DNA of 51,137 nucleotides from a virus (lineage: Duplodnaviria > Caudoviricetes): positions 1 to 51,137 of IMG/VR virus record IMGVR_UViG_3300037962_000135, one strand, 5' to 3'. A program made the position numbers and the translations under genes. This document shows, piece by piece, positions 34,923-44,554 of the stretch. The notes beneath the pieces are model-generated. The model saw only the letters and a list, made by a program, of their open reading frames with translations, did not search any database and was not told the DNA's origin. Position 1 is the stretch's first letter. Each line of letters opens with the position of its first letter.

Positions 34923-36767
34923 ATGACCTCAACAATTACAAAACAAGAATATTCTGTCTATTACGGAATATCAGAATTAAAAAGATTGCAGACTGCTCAC
35001 AGTCTTGCGTTTGATACAGAAACATTACAGCTACAACCAGAAGAAGGTAAACTTCGACTGATTCAGTTGGGGTCTTTTTCTTCTCGAACCATAGTAGTTA
35101 TTGATTGCTTTGAGTTAGAGCGTAGCGATTGGAACTATCTTGAAGAATTTTTCAGTAGTACCAATAGATATTGGCTGGCACACAACGCAGTGTTTGATCT
35201 TGGTTGGCTACAGGAACATGGCATATATCCCGAAGGATTTGTGCGTTGCAGTATGTTAGCCAGCAGATTACTCACAAATGGTATTCCACAGACTAAGCAT
35301 GGTCTTGATGCACTAGCTAAAAGACAACTTGATATGAATATATCTAAAGAACAACAGAAGTCTGATTGGGGTGCTGAGTACCTATCCAAAGAACAGTTAA
35401 TCTATGCTGCGAAAGATATTGAAGTACTACTTGAATTAGATCAGGTATTGGACAGAAAAATAAGAAATGCACAGTTAGATAGAGCTTATACATTGGAATG
35501 TAGGGCACTTCCAGCTATGGCACAGATGTGGAGAGTTGGGTTACCTTGGAATAGAGAAGAATTAGAGCAGTGTCGTATCGACTATGAAGATGACATTAAA
35601 GAACTTGGTAATGAATTTATTAGAGAACTTGATAATGACTTACCACCTGGAAAAAAGTTGCCTAGAAATGAGGATGGCTCGTTCAATCTTCGTGCGAAAG
35701 ACCAAGGATCAAAGAGACTAGGAACTAAAAAGTATGCTGGATTCAATATTAAAAGTTCTAAGCAACTACTAGAAAAACTTGAATTAGTTCTTGGTTATAC
35801 ACCAGTGAACAATGATGGTAAACCTAGTGTTGCTAAAGATGCTTTGAAAAATTGTGCTGCTGATTCTCCTACGATCCAAACACTTATGACTTGGAAACGT
35901 AGAGAAAAACGTAGACAGATGATTGAAAGCATACAAGATAAGATGTCAGACGATGGATTTGTTAGAGCATCATATATGCAGCTTGGGGCAGATACAGGAA
36001 GAATGTCCAGTATCAAGCCAAACAACCAGCAGATACCAAGAGATTCAGAGTTCAGACAATGTGTGCAAGCTCCCCAGGGTTGGAAGATTGTTGATGCTGA
36101 CTTTTCACAGATGGAGTTACGTCTTGCTGCTGCATTGGCTAAAGACAAGAACATGACTGCTGCATTTCAGCGTGGCGAAGATTTACATGACTATACGGCT
36201 GAACAGATGGGATGTGATAGACAGATTGCCAAGTCTGCTAACTTCGGTTTGTTATATGGTGCTGGTGCTGAAGGTTTACGAAAGTATGCTGGAAGCAGTG
36301 GTGTCATCATGTCCAACGATGAAGCTGTAAAGATTCGTGATAACTGGCTCACTACATATAGTGGCATTAGGGATTGGCAGAGAGAGATGAACTATCTTTC
36401 ACGATCCACTGAAGGAGATGAATGGCCTGAGACTAGAGTTCCAGTATCTAATATGCGTAGATTCTTGAAAGGCGATCTTAATAGAACTACTGTTAGATGT
36501 AATACACCGATCCAGGGTGCTGGTGCCGCAATATTAAAGTGTGCATTAGGTAATTTATGGGTCAAAGTCAAAGAAACAGGCGAAGATAAAGTAAGGATTG
36601 CAGCAGCCGTTCACGATGAATTGATTCTTCTTGTTAAAGAAGATTTAGCAGATGAATGGGCTGAGATTCTTAAAACTACAATGGAAAATGCTGAAGCAAA
36701 GTGGTTGGGCGATGTTCCTGCACTAGCTGAAGTGTCTATTGGCGATAGATGGAGCGAGGTCCACTAA
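34923..36767 (+). CDS. polA: Family A DNA polymerase with 3'-5' exonuclease domain
   Basis: FDTET, HNAVFD, YAAKD; motif A DFSQMELR, motif B RQIAKSANFGLLYG (Phe at the 762-equivalent position), motif C VHDEL. Confidence 0.95.
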   Translation: MTSTITKQEYSVYYGISELKRLQTAHSLAFDTETLQLQPEEGKLRLIQLGSFSSRTIVVIDCFELERSDWNYLEEFFSSTNRYWLAHNAVFDLGWLQEHGIYPEGFVRCSMLASRLLTNGIPQTKHGLDALAKRQLDMNISKEQQKSDWGAEYLSKEQLIYAAKDIEVLLELDQVLDRKIRNAQLDRAYTLECRALPAMAQMWRVGLPWNREELEQCRIDYEDDIKELGNEFIRELDNDLPPGKKLPRNEDGSFNLRAKDQGSKRLGTKKYAGFNIKSSKQLLEKLELVLGYTPVNNDGKPSVAKDALKNCAADSPTIQTLMTWKRREKRRQMIESIQDKMSDDGFVRASYMQLGADTGRMSSIKPNNQQIPRDSEFRQCVQAPQGWKIVDADFSQMELRLAAALAKDKNMTAAFQRGEDLHDYTAEQMGCDRQIAKSANFGLLYGAGAEGLRKYAGSSGVIMSNDEAVKIRDNWLTTYSGIRDWQREMNYLSRSTEGDEWPETRVPVSNMRRFLKGDLNRTTVRCNTPIQGAGAAILKCALGNLWVKVKETGEDKVRIAAAVHDELILLVKEDLADEWAEILKTTMENAEAKWLGDVPALAEVSIGDRWSEVH

Positions 36768-36771
36768 ATAA

Positions 36772-37056
36772 ATGAACAGACTCCCTTTACATAAGTTGGG
36801 GGATTTTATAGAAAAAAGAGGTATGTCAGTCTTAGGGCATTGTTACAAATGCAATAAGATCGTTTACCGCACCCAACAAGAAGCCAAGAAAGAAGCATCA
36901 GACATGAGAAAACGAGGTAAAAATCATGCTTATGCTTATGCTTGCCCAAAAGGAAATGGATGGCATCTAACATCCATGAAACCACGGAGTAAACCAACTC
37001 CAAAAATAAGAAAATCCCCACAAAAAAGTAAACGAACTAAAAGGAAAGAACCATGA
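36772..37056 (+). CDS. Small Cys/His zinc-finger-like protein
   Basis: CYKC.KIVY...YACPKGNGWHLTS. Confidence 0.65.
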   Translation: MNRLPLHKLGDFIEKRGMSVLGHCYKCNKIVYRTQQEAKKEASDMRKRGKNHAYAYACPKGNGWHLTSMKPRSKPTPKIRKSPQKSKRTKRKEP

Positions 37057-37238
37057 TTGGTATTTGCAAAAATGAACACGGTTGGTATATCTCCAAGCAT
37101 AATAAACAGCTTGGAGTAAAATACTACAAGACCTTAATGGAGGTAATGCCTGTTGCCTATGCAGAAGAATATTCGAGCAGATCTAATGAAGGATCTGTAC
37201 AAAGAGATTCCAAAAGCAACTACCAGAGATCTGGGTAG
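37053..37238 (+). CDS. Hypothetical protein
   Basis: ATGA-coupled to the upstream gene; overlaps the next ORF. Confidence 0.5.
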   Translation: MIGICKNEHGWYISKHNKQLGVKYYKTLMEVMPVAYAEEYSSRSNEGSVQRDSKSNYQRSG

Positions 37239-37362
37239 TATCATTGATTTTCTGAAAAAAGCTAGAGAAGTCCGTGAGGGAAAGACTAAAAAACGCAGGG
37301 AAGCTAGAAAAAAGTATGTGGAAAAGCAACTTGAGAAAGCCGATTTGCCGATTTGGTGGTAG
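37153..37362 (+). CDS. Hypothetical basic protein
   Basis: Helical, charged 69-aa ORF in the operon. Confidence 0.6.
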   Translation: MPMQKNIRADLMKDLYKEIPKATTRDLGSIIDFLKKAREVREGKTKKRREARKKYVEKQLEKADLPIWW

Positions 37363-37386
37363 AGTAGTACAAGAACAACATTGTAA

Positions 37387-37632
37387 ATGGCTCTCAAACA
37401 CGGAAACAAAAGCTATTATCAGGTACTAATCGACCCAAATAGAGCAGAACTTATAGAAAAGGTAGCTGACAAAGAGGGTATGCGTGGTACTGCATGGGTT
37501 AGAAAAGTAGCGTATGAGGCTTTACAACGTGAATTTACTAGCTCAGAATATAAAATTGCTGAAGCCAAAGATGAGTTGATGTGGAGAGAATCTGTACAAA
37601 GACGAATTGACGGAAGAAAGCAGAAAGATTAA
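37387..37632 (+). CDS. Small DNA-binding protein (RHH/CopG-like)
   Basis: Strand YYQVLID then two helices (EKVADKEGMRGTAWVRKVAYEAL). Confidence 0.65.
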   Translation: MALKHGNKSYYQVLIDPNRAELIEKVADKEGMRGTAWVRKVAYEALQREFTSSEYKIAEAKDELMWRESVQRRIDGRKQKD

Positions 37633-37642
37633 AACAACTATT

Positions 37643-37831
37643 ATGTCTATTTATTTTCGATCATCACTAGGGATTGCTTTCCCGAAAAGTCCTTACATCG
37701 GACAAATTTATTACGATCCAGACTTAAAGAGAACCTTCAGATATGAAGAAAAAGATTTTGGAGATTGTATCCTCAAATCCACTATTGATTGGTTTCACTG
37801 GGTCGATATTACAGAAAAAGACATTATCTAA
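37643..37831 (+). CDS. Hypothetical protein, present only at the unit B junction
   Basis: MSIYFRSSLGIAFPKSPYIGQIYY...; absent between 143 and 159. Confidence 0.6.
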   Translation: MSIYFRSSLGIAFPKSPYIGQIYYDPDLKRTFRYEEKDFGDCILKSTIDWFHWVDITEKDII

Positions 37832-37836
37832 ATACT

Positions 37837-37986
37837 GTGCCAAAAGGTAAGTATTACGAATATCAAATCAAACGTGCTGCACTAGATGACGACTATCTTA
37901 TGGGTAATATTGATGAACTTCAATACACTAAAGAGTCACTTGATCTAGACCTTAAATATGAAAAATACATTCAACGCAAAAAATGA
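37837..37986 (+). CDS. Hypothetical protein, present only at the unit B junction
   Basis: Probable GTG start, PKGKYYEYQIKRAALDD...; ATGA overlap with 37983. Confidence 0.55.
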   Translation: MPKGKYYEYQIKRAALDDDYLMGNIDELQYTKESLDLDLKYEKYIQRKK

Positions 37987-38180
37987 AAAGAATAACATGG
38001 GTCGAGTGCCCAGGCTGTAAGATGTACAGCGATCAGAAGGTTGTCCGTTCTGAAAGAAATTCAAAATTTATAATCATTCGTAGAAGAGAATGTTATGAAT
38101 GTGGACATAGATGGGAAACGATCCAATATCCTGAGATGATAGTTTCTAAGCAACAGGCAGCCTACGCTCGTTGCGAGTGA
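37983..38180 (+). CDS. NrdR N-terminal-like zinc-ribbon protein (unit B)
   Basis: Homolog of 159..356. Confidence 0.75.
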   Translation: MKRITWVECPGCKMYSDQKVVRSERNSKFIIIRRRECYECGHRWETIQYPEMIVSKQQAAYARCE

Positions 38181-38494
38181 TTCTTTTGGTGCTGTCTTAT
38201 CTGTCTTATAAGTTTTACTTTTTCTACAAATAAACGAAATTTGTAAAATAATTTATTTTTAATTGGTGGTGTCTGCAATACAGCTAATTTTGCTTCAAGC
38301 TCCAGCATACGCATCATTGCGTTAGATAGCACAATTTCGGTTCTTGCATGATTCTTCATCATATCTATGCAAAAAGCCTTTAACTTATCTATATCATCAC
38401 AACCCATAACTTCTCTACATCTCATTTCAACTGCTAACTGTGTCTCCATCGGCAGAGGAGTTGAGATAAATCTTATGAAGCTGTCATTTTTCAT
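38162..38494 (-). CDS. Hypothetical protein (unit B)
   Basis: Homolog of 338..670; start at MKNDSF. Confidence 0.75.
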   Translation of the reverse strand: MKNDSFIRFISTPLPMETQLAVEMRCREVMGCDDIDKLKAFCIDMMKNHARTEIVLSNAMMRMLELEAKLAVLQTPPIKNKLFYKFRLFVEKVKLIRQIRQHQKNHSQRA

Positions 38495-38495
38495 A

Positions 38496-38672
38496 TCATT
38501 GAAGATTAGTTGTAGATCCTGGGAACATTCTGGCCTCAATAAATTCAACTGCCTGATCGTCTATTGAGTTGTCTGTCTGTTTAGCTATTGCTTTTAGCAG
38601 ATCCACAATCAATCTTTTCATCGCTTTTGACTTGATGAATATGAGAAGAATAGGTTTTAGAATCTTTACCAT
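38496..38672 (-). CDS. 58-aa conserved small protein (unit B)
   Basis: Homolog of 672..848. Confidence 0.85.
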   Translation of the reverse strand: MVKILKPILLIFIKSKAMKRLIVDLLKAIAKQTDNSIDDQAVEFIEARMFPGSTTNLQ

Positions 38673-38755
38673 TTGTATGTAGCGTCTACTTCTACTTTAC
38701 CGCTATTTGCCAAACTTGGCCTCAATCCTTATATTTATAGTATATCACTAAGATT

Positions 38756-39052
38756 ATGGCAACTCAAGACCCGAAAACCGACCCAGAAATAGAAGAAAAG
38801 GAGGAGAAAGAAAGTCCTTCTATATTATCCAACCTTGTCCAGATGATTATACTTTTTTGGAGTTTGGCAGTAATTTCTTACGCATATTTTGGAAATTCAA
38901 TCAAACAAATTGATACGACCTTTGCTGCTGGATTACTTTCGGCAGTAATGTCTAATATGGGATTACAGGTGAAAAACAACGCAAATGGCAAAAAGAGGCC
39001 ATTTAATGTAGTATCTAATAAAGACACTAATGTTGGTATCAGTAAAAAATGA
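38756..39052 (+). CDS. Two-TM membrane protein (unit B)
   Basis: Homolog of 914..1183 (IDTTFAAGLLS). Confidence 0.7.
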   Translation: MATQDPKTDPEIEEKEEKESPSILSNLVQMIILFWSLAVISYAYFGNSIKQIDTTFAAGLLSAVMSNMGLQVKNNANGKKRPFNVVSNKDTNVGISKK

Positions 39053-39555
39053 AGAAATTACTCCCTTTACTACTGTTATTATCAGCACCAGCTTATGCTG
39101 ATATAACTTCAAAATTTACATCAAGCGTAAGCGTAAAAGTTGACGCTGCTATGACACAAGCCACAAGGATTGGTGCATCTTATAGTGCGTCTGGAAGCAA
39201 TATTGGGACAAGTGATGAAAACGATCAGATTGGAGGACTAACTGTAAGTAATGGTGCGGTTACTTTAAATGCTGGAGATTACTCTATAAATGGATGTGGA
39301 GAAGATCCTGCTAACTGTGCAAGTACATGGTCACTAACAGAATCATTCACAGCAGCAGATACAATTCCAAGCAGCAACAGCACCATTACTGCTGGAACAG
39401 TTCCTAATTTTGGTAGCGTAATCTCAACTGTAGCTGGAAGTGGAGATGGTTTTGCTGGATCTATTACATCAGGTCACGGAATTACAGGATTACATGAAGG
39501 AGATTCGGGTTCTACTGTTACAGGACAGTTTGTAACGGAGTTAACTATAAGATGA
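39049..39555 (+). CDS. Exported protein with signal peptide (unit B)
   Basis: Homolog of 1180..1665. Confidence 0.85.
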   Translation: MKKLLPLLLLLSAPAYADITSKFTSSVSVKVDAAMTQATRIGASYSASGSNIGTSDENDQIGGLTVSNGAVTLNAGDYSINGCGEDPANCASTWSLTESFTAADTIPSSNSTITAGTVPNFGSVISTVAGSGDGFAGSITSGHGITGLHEGDSGSTVTGQFVTELTIR

Positions 39556-39558
39556 TTT

Positions 39559-39999
39559 ATGAAAAAGCTCTTATTGTTGCTTCTGTTGTATGCCATACCT
39601 GTTAAATCACAGCCTATTGTGCCCAACTTCACAACGGGGACACTTAGCAGCACCACGAATACAACAACCTCAATCAGTGAGACTATTACTTCTACAGATT
39701 ATTTTGGTAATTCTTATGAGTACACTGTTACTGGATTGGGAGTCACAACCGATGGATCAGTCGCTCCAAATACAACGGATGTTACAGGGACTATAAACGG
39801 AGAGAGTCAGACATGGACAGGACTAGATTTATCGACAAACAACAAACCAGTATTTACTCTAGCCGATCAAACTTCTGGGAACGCATTTCAATTTACAGAA
39901 ACTTATCGTGGCCCAGGTGGGGTATCAAACGTGACCACGATCCAAAGAAATATAGAGTCAACCAGCGTAGTCACAAGTACCTCAGTGTTCTCTCAATAG
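39559..39999 (+). CDS. Exported Thr-rich protein (unit B)
   Basis: Homolog of 1662..2087. Confidence 0.85.
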   Translation: MKKLLLLLLLYAIPVKSQPIVPNFTTGTLSSTTNTTTSISETITSTDYFGNSYEYTVTGLGVTTDGSVAPNTTDVTGTINGESQTWTGLDLSTNNKPVFTLADQTSGNAFQFTETYRGPGGVSNVTTIQRNIESTSVVTSTSVFSQ

Positions 40000-40595
40000 T
40001 TCTGCTATCTCCTGCACAGGTTTTAGCTAATGCTGTTTCTCAATCAAATAATGGTTCCGTTACGAATATGGCTGTACAAACGCTTACAGGTAATATGACA
40101 ACCAATCAGTATGGAGGAAATATTGTATGCCAAGGGCCAACTCTATCTATTAGCCCATTTACCACTTTTGGAGCGAATTATTTGAAACCTTATCGGGATT
40201 ATTATGAAACACCCTTCTACGATCCAACAGATGCTAATGACGATGGTGTGCCAGATAACCCAGGTAATGTGCTTTTTAATCAAAAGAATTATTCTGGAAC
40301 GAATAAAGATAGTTATGCTTTGAACTTTGGAATATCAGCTACGTTTAGTATTCCGTTAGATAGAGGTTTTCAGAATCAATGTAAGTCTGCTGCTGATACA
40401 CAAATTTCTATACAAAAGCAAGTGTTGGAGAACAAAAGACTTGATTGGCAGATAGCAAGAATCCGTGAATGTGGAAAGTTGAAACAGGAGGGCATAATGC
40501 TAACTACTGATAGTCCATTTTTTAATATCTGTAAGGATGTTTATTTAGTGCCGAAGGCTAATCAAGTTATCCCACATACTCACAAATTAAAGTAG
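39813..40595 (+). CDS. Exported/envelope protein (unit B); start uncertain
   Basis: Homolog of 1916..2695. Confidence 0.8.
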   Translation: MDRTRFIDKQQTSIYSSRSNFWERISIYRNLSWPRWGIKRDHDPKKYRVNQRSHKYLSVLSIVLLSPAQVLANAVSQSNNGSVTNMAVQTLTGNMTTNQYGGNIVCQGPTLSISPFTTFGANYLKPYRDYYETPFYDPTDANDDGVPDNPGNVLFNQKNYSGTNKDSYALNFGISATFSIPLDRGFQNQCKSAADTQISIQKQVLENKRLDWQIARIRECGKLKQEGIMLTTDSPFFNICKDVYLVPKANQVIPHTHKLK

Positions 40596-40629
40596 ATAAG
40601 CCACGGGTATTAAACTCATCTACGGATTA

Positions 40630-41271
40630 TTATTCTACCTTATCTTTTTTCTTTGTCAGTCTTTTTACGATATTTTTTATAGCTGGTTTGATTATATTGA
40701 GAATAATAGGAGAACTCGCAGCCACAAGACCGATAACAGCAGTAGAAACAATAGTGCTCGGTTCTGGGATGTATTGATCCACAAAAGGAACGTCTTCATA
40801 TAGAGTGATGCACTCAATCCCATCATCACCTCTTTCATGTCCGATGACACGCTCTAATCGTTTTTCGTTACGAAAGTCTCCTACTCTTTGATCTTTGTTA
40901 CCTGGGCAGGGTTCTATTTTTATAGTTTCCTTTTCTTTTGGAATATCGGGAATCTCAGGTGTCTGAGGTTCTGGAATATTAGCGTTATTTACAGGTTTTT
41001 CTTGTTTTTGCTCTACAATCTCAATCTTTTTTCTGTCATAATTTATTGGAACGAAAGAAGGTATTTTGCCTTCGGGACAGCTATAAAACGCTCCATTTAT
41101 ATCATCTTCAATTATTTGTGTATTTTTTATACTCGCATCTCTGTGAGTTTTGACGCATCCAGGTAAATCTATATTTGGTAAAGGTACATTCAGATTTGGT
41201 AATGGAGTAGAAATATAGGTATTGACATTGATCTGTGGGATCTCTGGTATTTTTATCTCACGAATCTCCAT
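40630..41271 (-). CDS. C-terminally anchored Cys-containing protein (unit B)
   Basis: Homolog of 2761..3399. Confidence 0.85.
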   Translation of the reverse strand: MEIREIKIPEIPQINVNTYISTPLPNLNVPLPNIDLPGCVKTHRDASIKNTQIIEDDINGAFYSCPEGKIPSFVPINYDRKKIEIVEQKQEKPVNNANIPEPQTPEIPDIPKEKETIKIEPCPGNKDQRVGDFRNEKRLERVIGHERGDDGIECITLYEDVPFVDQYIPEPSTIVSTAVIGLVAASSPIILNIIKPAIKNIVKRLTKKKDKVE

Positions 41272-41479
41272 CTTCTATATCTCCTATAGAAATAGACCAA
41301 CCATCTTCCCCAAAAGTACCTTTTTCTATAATTTTTGGTCTTTTTACCTTTTTATCTAATTCTTCGTGATATTTTTTTATGTCATTATCTAGTTCTAAAT
41401 TAAATCTTTGCATCCGTAACCAAGTAATTACTTTATCAACATAGTATTTTATTAGCTTTTTTAAGAAACCAAAGATCAT
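41258..41479 (-). CDS. Hypothetical protein (unit B)
   Basis: Homolog of 3380..3607; start at MIFGF. Confidence 0.8.
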   Translation of the reverse strand: MIFGFLKKLIKYYVDKVITWLRMQRFNLELDNDIKKYHEELDKKVKRPKIIEKGTFGEDGWSISIGDIEDGDS

Positions 41480-41646
41480 TAGTCGTAAGCATCTCTTCTT
41501 TTGTAGACTTCTACATACGAGTCGCATTTGGGACAACTAAGATTCGTAACCATTGAGTACTCTTGGTATAGTACAGGTTGGAAATCTTCCTCAATATCTG
41601 CATCTGCACCCCAAATTAATTCAGTTTTACAGTGCCAGCAGTTCAT
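41479..41646 (-). CDS. 55-aa zinc-ribbon protein (unit B)
   Basis: MNCWHCKTELIWGADAD...CPKCDSYVEVYKRRDAYD. Confidence 0.85.
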   Translation of the reverse strand: MNCWHCKTELIWGADADIEEDFQPVLYQEYSMVTNLSCPKCDSYVEVYKRRDAYD

Positions 41647-41864
41647 TTTTTAGGCATAGGAATAGAAGGACCAGATATATCAGGCATTGTATTGTCTAAC
41701 ACTTTGGGCATCAATGTTTGCACATTTGCCATAATTTGATTCATCATCTTTGCTTTAAACTGCTCTGATGTGAAGTATTTATAAGCAAAATACGTTCCAC
41801 CACTCATGGAAGCTACCATTACAAATGAAACTATGCTAAGAATATTAGCAATTTTTTGAAACAT
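41643..41864 (-). CDS. N-terminal TM protein (unit B)
   Basis: Homolog of 3756..3986. Confidence 0.85.
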   Translation of the reverse strand: MFQKIANILSIVSFVMVASMSGGTYFAYKYFTSEQFKAKMMNQIMANVQTLMPKVLDNTMPDISGPSIPMPKK

Positions 41865-41994
41865 GATTAAATTTGCAATTTTAAAAGCACTATCTTTTTC
41901 AAGTGTGCTTGTATTACTGCTTATTGTAGCCCTATCCCCTCTCTACGTCACTATGGGGTTAATGACAAGACAAATGCAAGAAAAGGTTAATTAA
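41863..41994 (+). CDS. 43-aa single-TM peptide (unit B), not in ORF track
   Basis: MIKFAILKALSFSSVLVLLLIVALSPLYVTMGLMTRQMQEKVN exactly fills the gap between two minus-strand genes. Confidence 0.75.
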   Translation: MIKFAILKALSFSSVLVLLLIVALSPLYVTMGLMTRQMQEKVN

Positions 41995-42179
41995 TCAGCA
42001 GCTTCGGGTTCGTTGCCATCTATAGCTTTCCATTCAAGGTACTTTTGGTAATCCCTGTTTCCTTCATCAAATGGAATAAATTTTGTATTAGAATCTTCGT
42101 CAACAATTTTTACACTTTCTTCTTTGTTTGAAAAAGGGTTTTTTACTAATTTGTAAATTGGATTAGTTGGAAATGCCAT
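41991..42179 (-). CDS. Small tail-fibre-associated protein
   Basis: FIPFDEGNRDYQKYLEW motif; follows a fibre-like gene. Confidence 0.7.
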   Translation of the reverse strand: MAFPTNPIYKLVKNPFSNKEESVKIVDEDSNTKFIPFDEGNRDYQKYLEWKAIDGNEPEAAD

Positions 42180-42182
42180 AAT

Positions 42183-43244
42183 TTAAACCTCTGCGTTTGC
42201 TTTAATACCTGTACCAGCAGAACCAGTTGAACTAGCTGTGTAATAATAACAACTTAGTCTAGTAATTTGAGAAATGCTTGTTAAGTTTCCAGAGGTTGTA
42301 GTTTCTGAAACTGTCGGTGTTGCTCTCATTTCTACTGGAAAAAACATATTATTTATAGCATTACTTCCATATGCACAAAGATATAAGGTAGCTGTATTTT
42401 GAAAATAATATCTCTGACATAAAGCAAGCTCCTCTGCATAGCTGCGGAATTGGAACGAGGTGGCATGATCTGAAACCTCAATCTGAACTCCTGTAAGTTC
42501 AAATGTCGCATCATCTGTTGTGTACCATGTGGCGGTGTAATCGGGTACTCTTACAGAACTATTATAGGCTGACCAAGTATTAAGACTAATAGAACCTGTA
42601 TATCCTGTTCCAAGATAAGGAAAAATGTTTATCTGAAAACCATGTCCAGTATCATTGTCAAAAGTAAGATTAGAATTACCGGGTATTGTTTTAGTTACTT
42701 TTGTCCAAGTATTAGCACTTAAAGAACCAGTTTCAAAAGGATATAAATAATTTGAACCATCAACAGTTCTTACATAACCATAAAAATTTTGTGCAACACT
42801 TGATTTTACCCAAAATTGTACAGTTATAAAACTAGATGTTGATGTATAGTTCCAACCACTATTAGCAATATCCTGTGCTTCAAAAAGACTTTGAATCCAA
42901 ATATATTTTGCAGAGCCACCTCCACTTGTTTGGTTGCCGTTAGTAACTTTTAAACAATTTCTAAATCCAGAATCATAAGCTCCACCACTTGTTACGCTTC
43001 CTTGAGCCTGAGTTGGTGCTTCATCAACTCCAGTATGATACATTCCAAATCTATCAACAGTTGCAATGCCACTTGTAGTAGATGACGTTGCTCTTTGGGC
43101 TATTCTAAAATCTCCGTTAATTACCAAATTTTTGTTTGTTCTGTTTGTAAGATTGGCAGTACACGTTCCATCAGTATTATTTATACTGATAGCAGCCGAG
43201 CTTGCACTTACGCCTTTGATTGAATTAACTTTTAATTCAGACAT
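42183..43244 (-). CDS. Tail fibre/spike-like protein with carbohydrate-binding-like domain
   Basis: NLVINGDFRIAQR...TGVQIE...EELALCQRYY. Confidence 0.75.
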   Translation of the reverse strand: MSELKVNSIKGVSASSAAISINNTDGTCTANLTNRTNKNLVINGDFRIAQRATSSTTSGIATVDRFGMYHTGVDEAPTQAQGSVTSGGAYDSGFRNCLKVTNGNQTSGGGSAKYIWIQSLFEAQDIANSGWNYTSTSSFITVQFWVKSSVAQNFYGYVRTVDGSNYLYPFETGSLSANTWTKVTKTIPGNSNLTFDNDTGHGFQINIFPYLGTGYTGSISLNTWSAYNSSVRVPDYTATWYTTDDATFELTGVQIEVSDHATSFQFRSYAEELALCQRYYFQNTATLYLCAYGSNAINNMFFPVEMRATPTVSETTTSGNLTSISQITRLSCYYYTASSTGSAGTGIKANAEV

Positions 43245-43245
43245 T

Positions 43246-43614
43246 TTAACTAGGTTCAGTTGGGAAAGTGACAGATGACATATCTAAATGACCATCTGCC
43301 CCTATTTTAGGCGATGCACTTGCTGGTAAATCTCTAAGTGCTTGCCTATAAGTTTTCCAATCATCTGACATTGTAGGGGAATCTGAAAAACTCATCCAAT
43401 CTGTTTTTGCTAATCTTGCATTTCTTTCTACTCTTAAAAGTCTCATAGGTTCTGCATTTGTTAATCTTAATAGCTCTGCTTCTATTTCAGCATCAGTTGG
43501 GATGGTTTCGCCTTCATCCCATACAAAACCAGAATAATCATCATCTTCTGCACGATAACTCCATTGTTTATTAGGTTTTAAACTTGCAAGTGCATCTACT
43601 TTTTTATAAAACAT
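43246..43614 (-). CDS. Tail fibre assembly chaperone-like protein
   Basis: LRVERNARLAKTDW...WKTYRQALRDLP. Confidence 0.8.
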   Translation of the reverse strand: MFYKKVDALASLKPNKQWSYRAEDDDYSGFVWDEGETIPTDAEIEAELLRLTNAEPMRLLRVERNARLAKTDWMSFSDSPTMSDDWKTYRQALRDLPASASPKIGADGHLDMSSVTFPTEPS

Positions 43615-44270
43615 TATGTATCTCCCAAGCGAATAAATGTAACACCATTTCTGAGTGCATTAGAATCTCCTGAGTATTGAACATTAGCAGTATTGTAGGC
43701 TCTTAATGCAAATCTATATGTGCTTGCATTTTGTACATCAACTATTGCCTGTAAGTGCATATGATGATAACCATTATTCGTATTAGTAATCTGACCATAT
43801 GAAACAGTAGAATAGTTGCTACCACTATCTGAACTCATTCGCATTTGAACACCACAATAGCTTGCAGAAGTATTCATTGTATGTTGGCTCATAATAAAAT
43901 ATATACCAGTTTGTGGAAAAGTAAATATGCCACTTGACTCTGTCATGCCAGTTCCTATCTGTGCAAAAAAGAAATCACTTCTTTCCCAGTTGCTATCTAT
44001 TACTTGACCATTGGTTTTATTATTATCATTTGTTATATTCCATTGATCTGCCATTGTAATTCCAGCAGATATTCCAGTTAAAGCTGAACCATTTAAAGCT
44101 GGTAAATTACCAGAAAGTTTTGTTGCATCAAGCGTACTTTGACTTGTGACAAGCTCCCCATCTGCAATATCGGGCAAGCTAATTACTCTGTTGTTACTAG
44201 AAGAAGAGGGTGCTTGGATACTTATAGACCCACCCCCGGAAGCTGCGTTTAGTTTAATCTTTGCTGTCAT
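43614..44270 (-). CDS. Short tail fibre/spike-like protein (C1q-like C-terminus)
   Basis: KIKLNAASGGGSISIQAP start; SGIFTFPQTGIY. Confidence 0.7.
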   Translation of the reverse strand: MTAKIKLNAASGGGSISIQAPSSSSNNRVISLPDIADGELVTSQSTLDATKLSGNLPALNGSALTGISAGITMADQWNITNDNNKTNGQVIDSNWERSDFFFAQIGTGMTESSGIFTFPQTGIYFIMSQHTMNTSASYCGVQMRMSSDSGSNYSTVSYGQITNTNNGYHHMHLQAIVDVQNASTYRFALRAYNTANVQYSGDSNALRNGVTFIRLGDT

Positions 44271-44554
44271 GGTTTAGGATACTTGTCTTTGATAGCTTTG
44301 ATAGTAGTTTTCCAGCCAGCTACACCACTATGATAAATGGTATCAAGCTGATCTTCAATACTTGGATATTCTGCTGCTCTATTTCTTGAATATTCAAGGG
44401 CTGCATATTCACTATTTAATGTGGTTCGTGCAGCGTCAATATCAGACTGGACAAGTGTTATTTGTGTGCCATCTGCTCTAAATGCTCCTGTAGAATCATC
44501 AATTTTTGTACAGTCTGGATACGCTTTATAAATAGCTTCATGGTCTAAAATCAT
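44267..44554 (-). CDS. Tail fibre chaperone-like protein
   Basis: YSRNRAAEYPSIEDQLD...IKDKYPKP. Confidence 0.7.
   Translation of the reverse strand: MILDHEAIYKAYPDCTKIDDSTGAFRADGTQITLVQSDIDAARTTLNSEYAALEYSRNRAAEYPSIEDQLDTIYHSGVAGWKTTIKAIKDKYPKP

Larger units (their letters stand above)
1..37489. mobile_element. Complete circularly permuted siphovirus genome unit (unit A)
   Basis: Contains terminase, portal, scaffold, capsid, tail, tape measure, tail tip, fibre and replication genes. The sequence at position 1 recurs at 37490. Confidence 0.85.
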
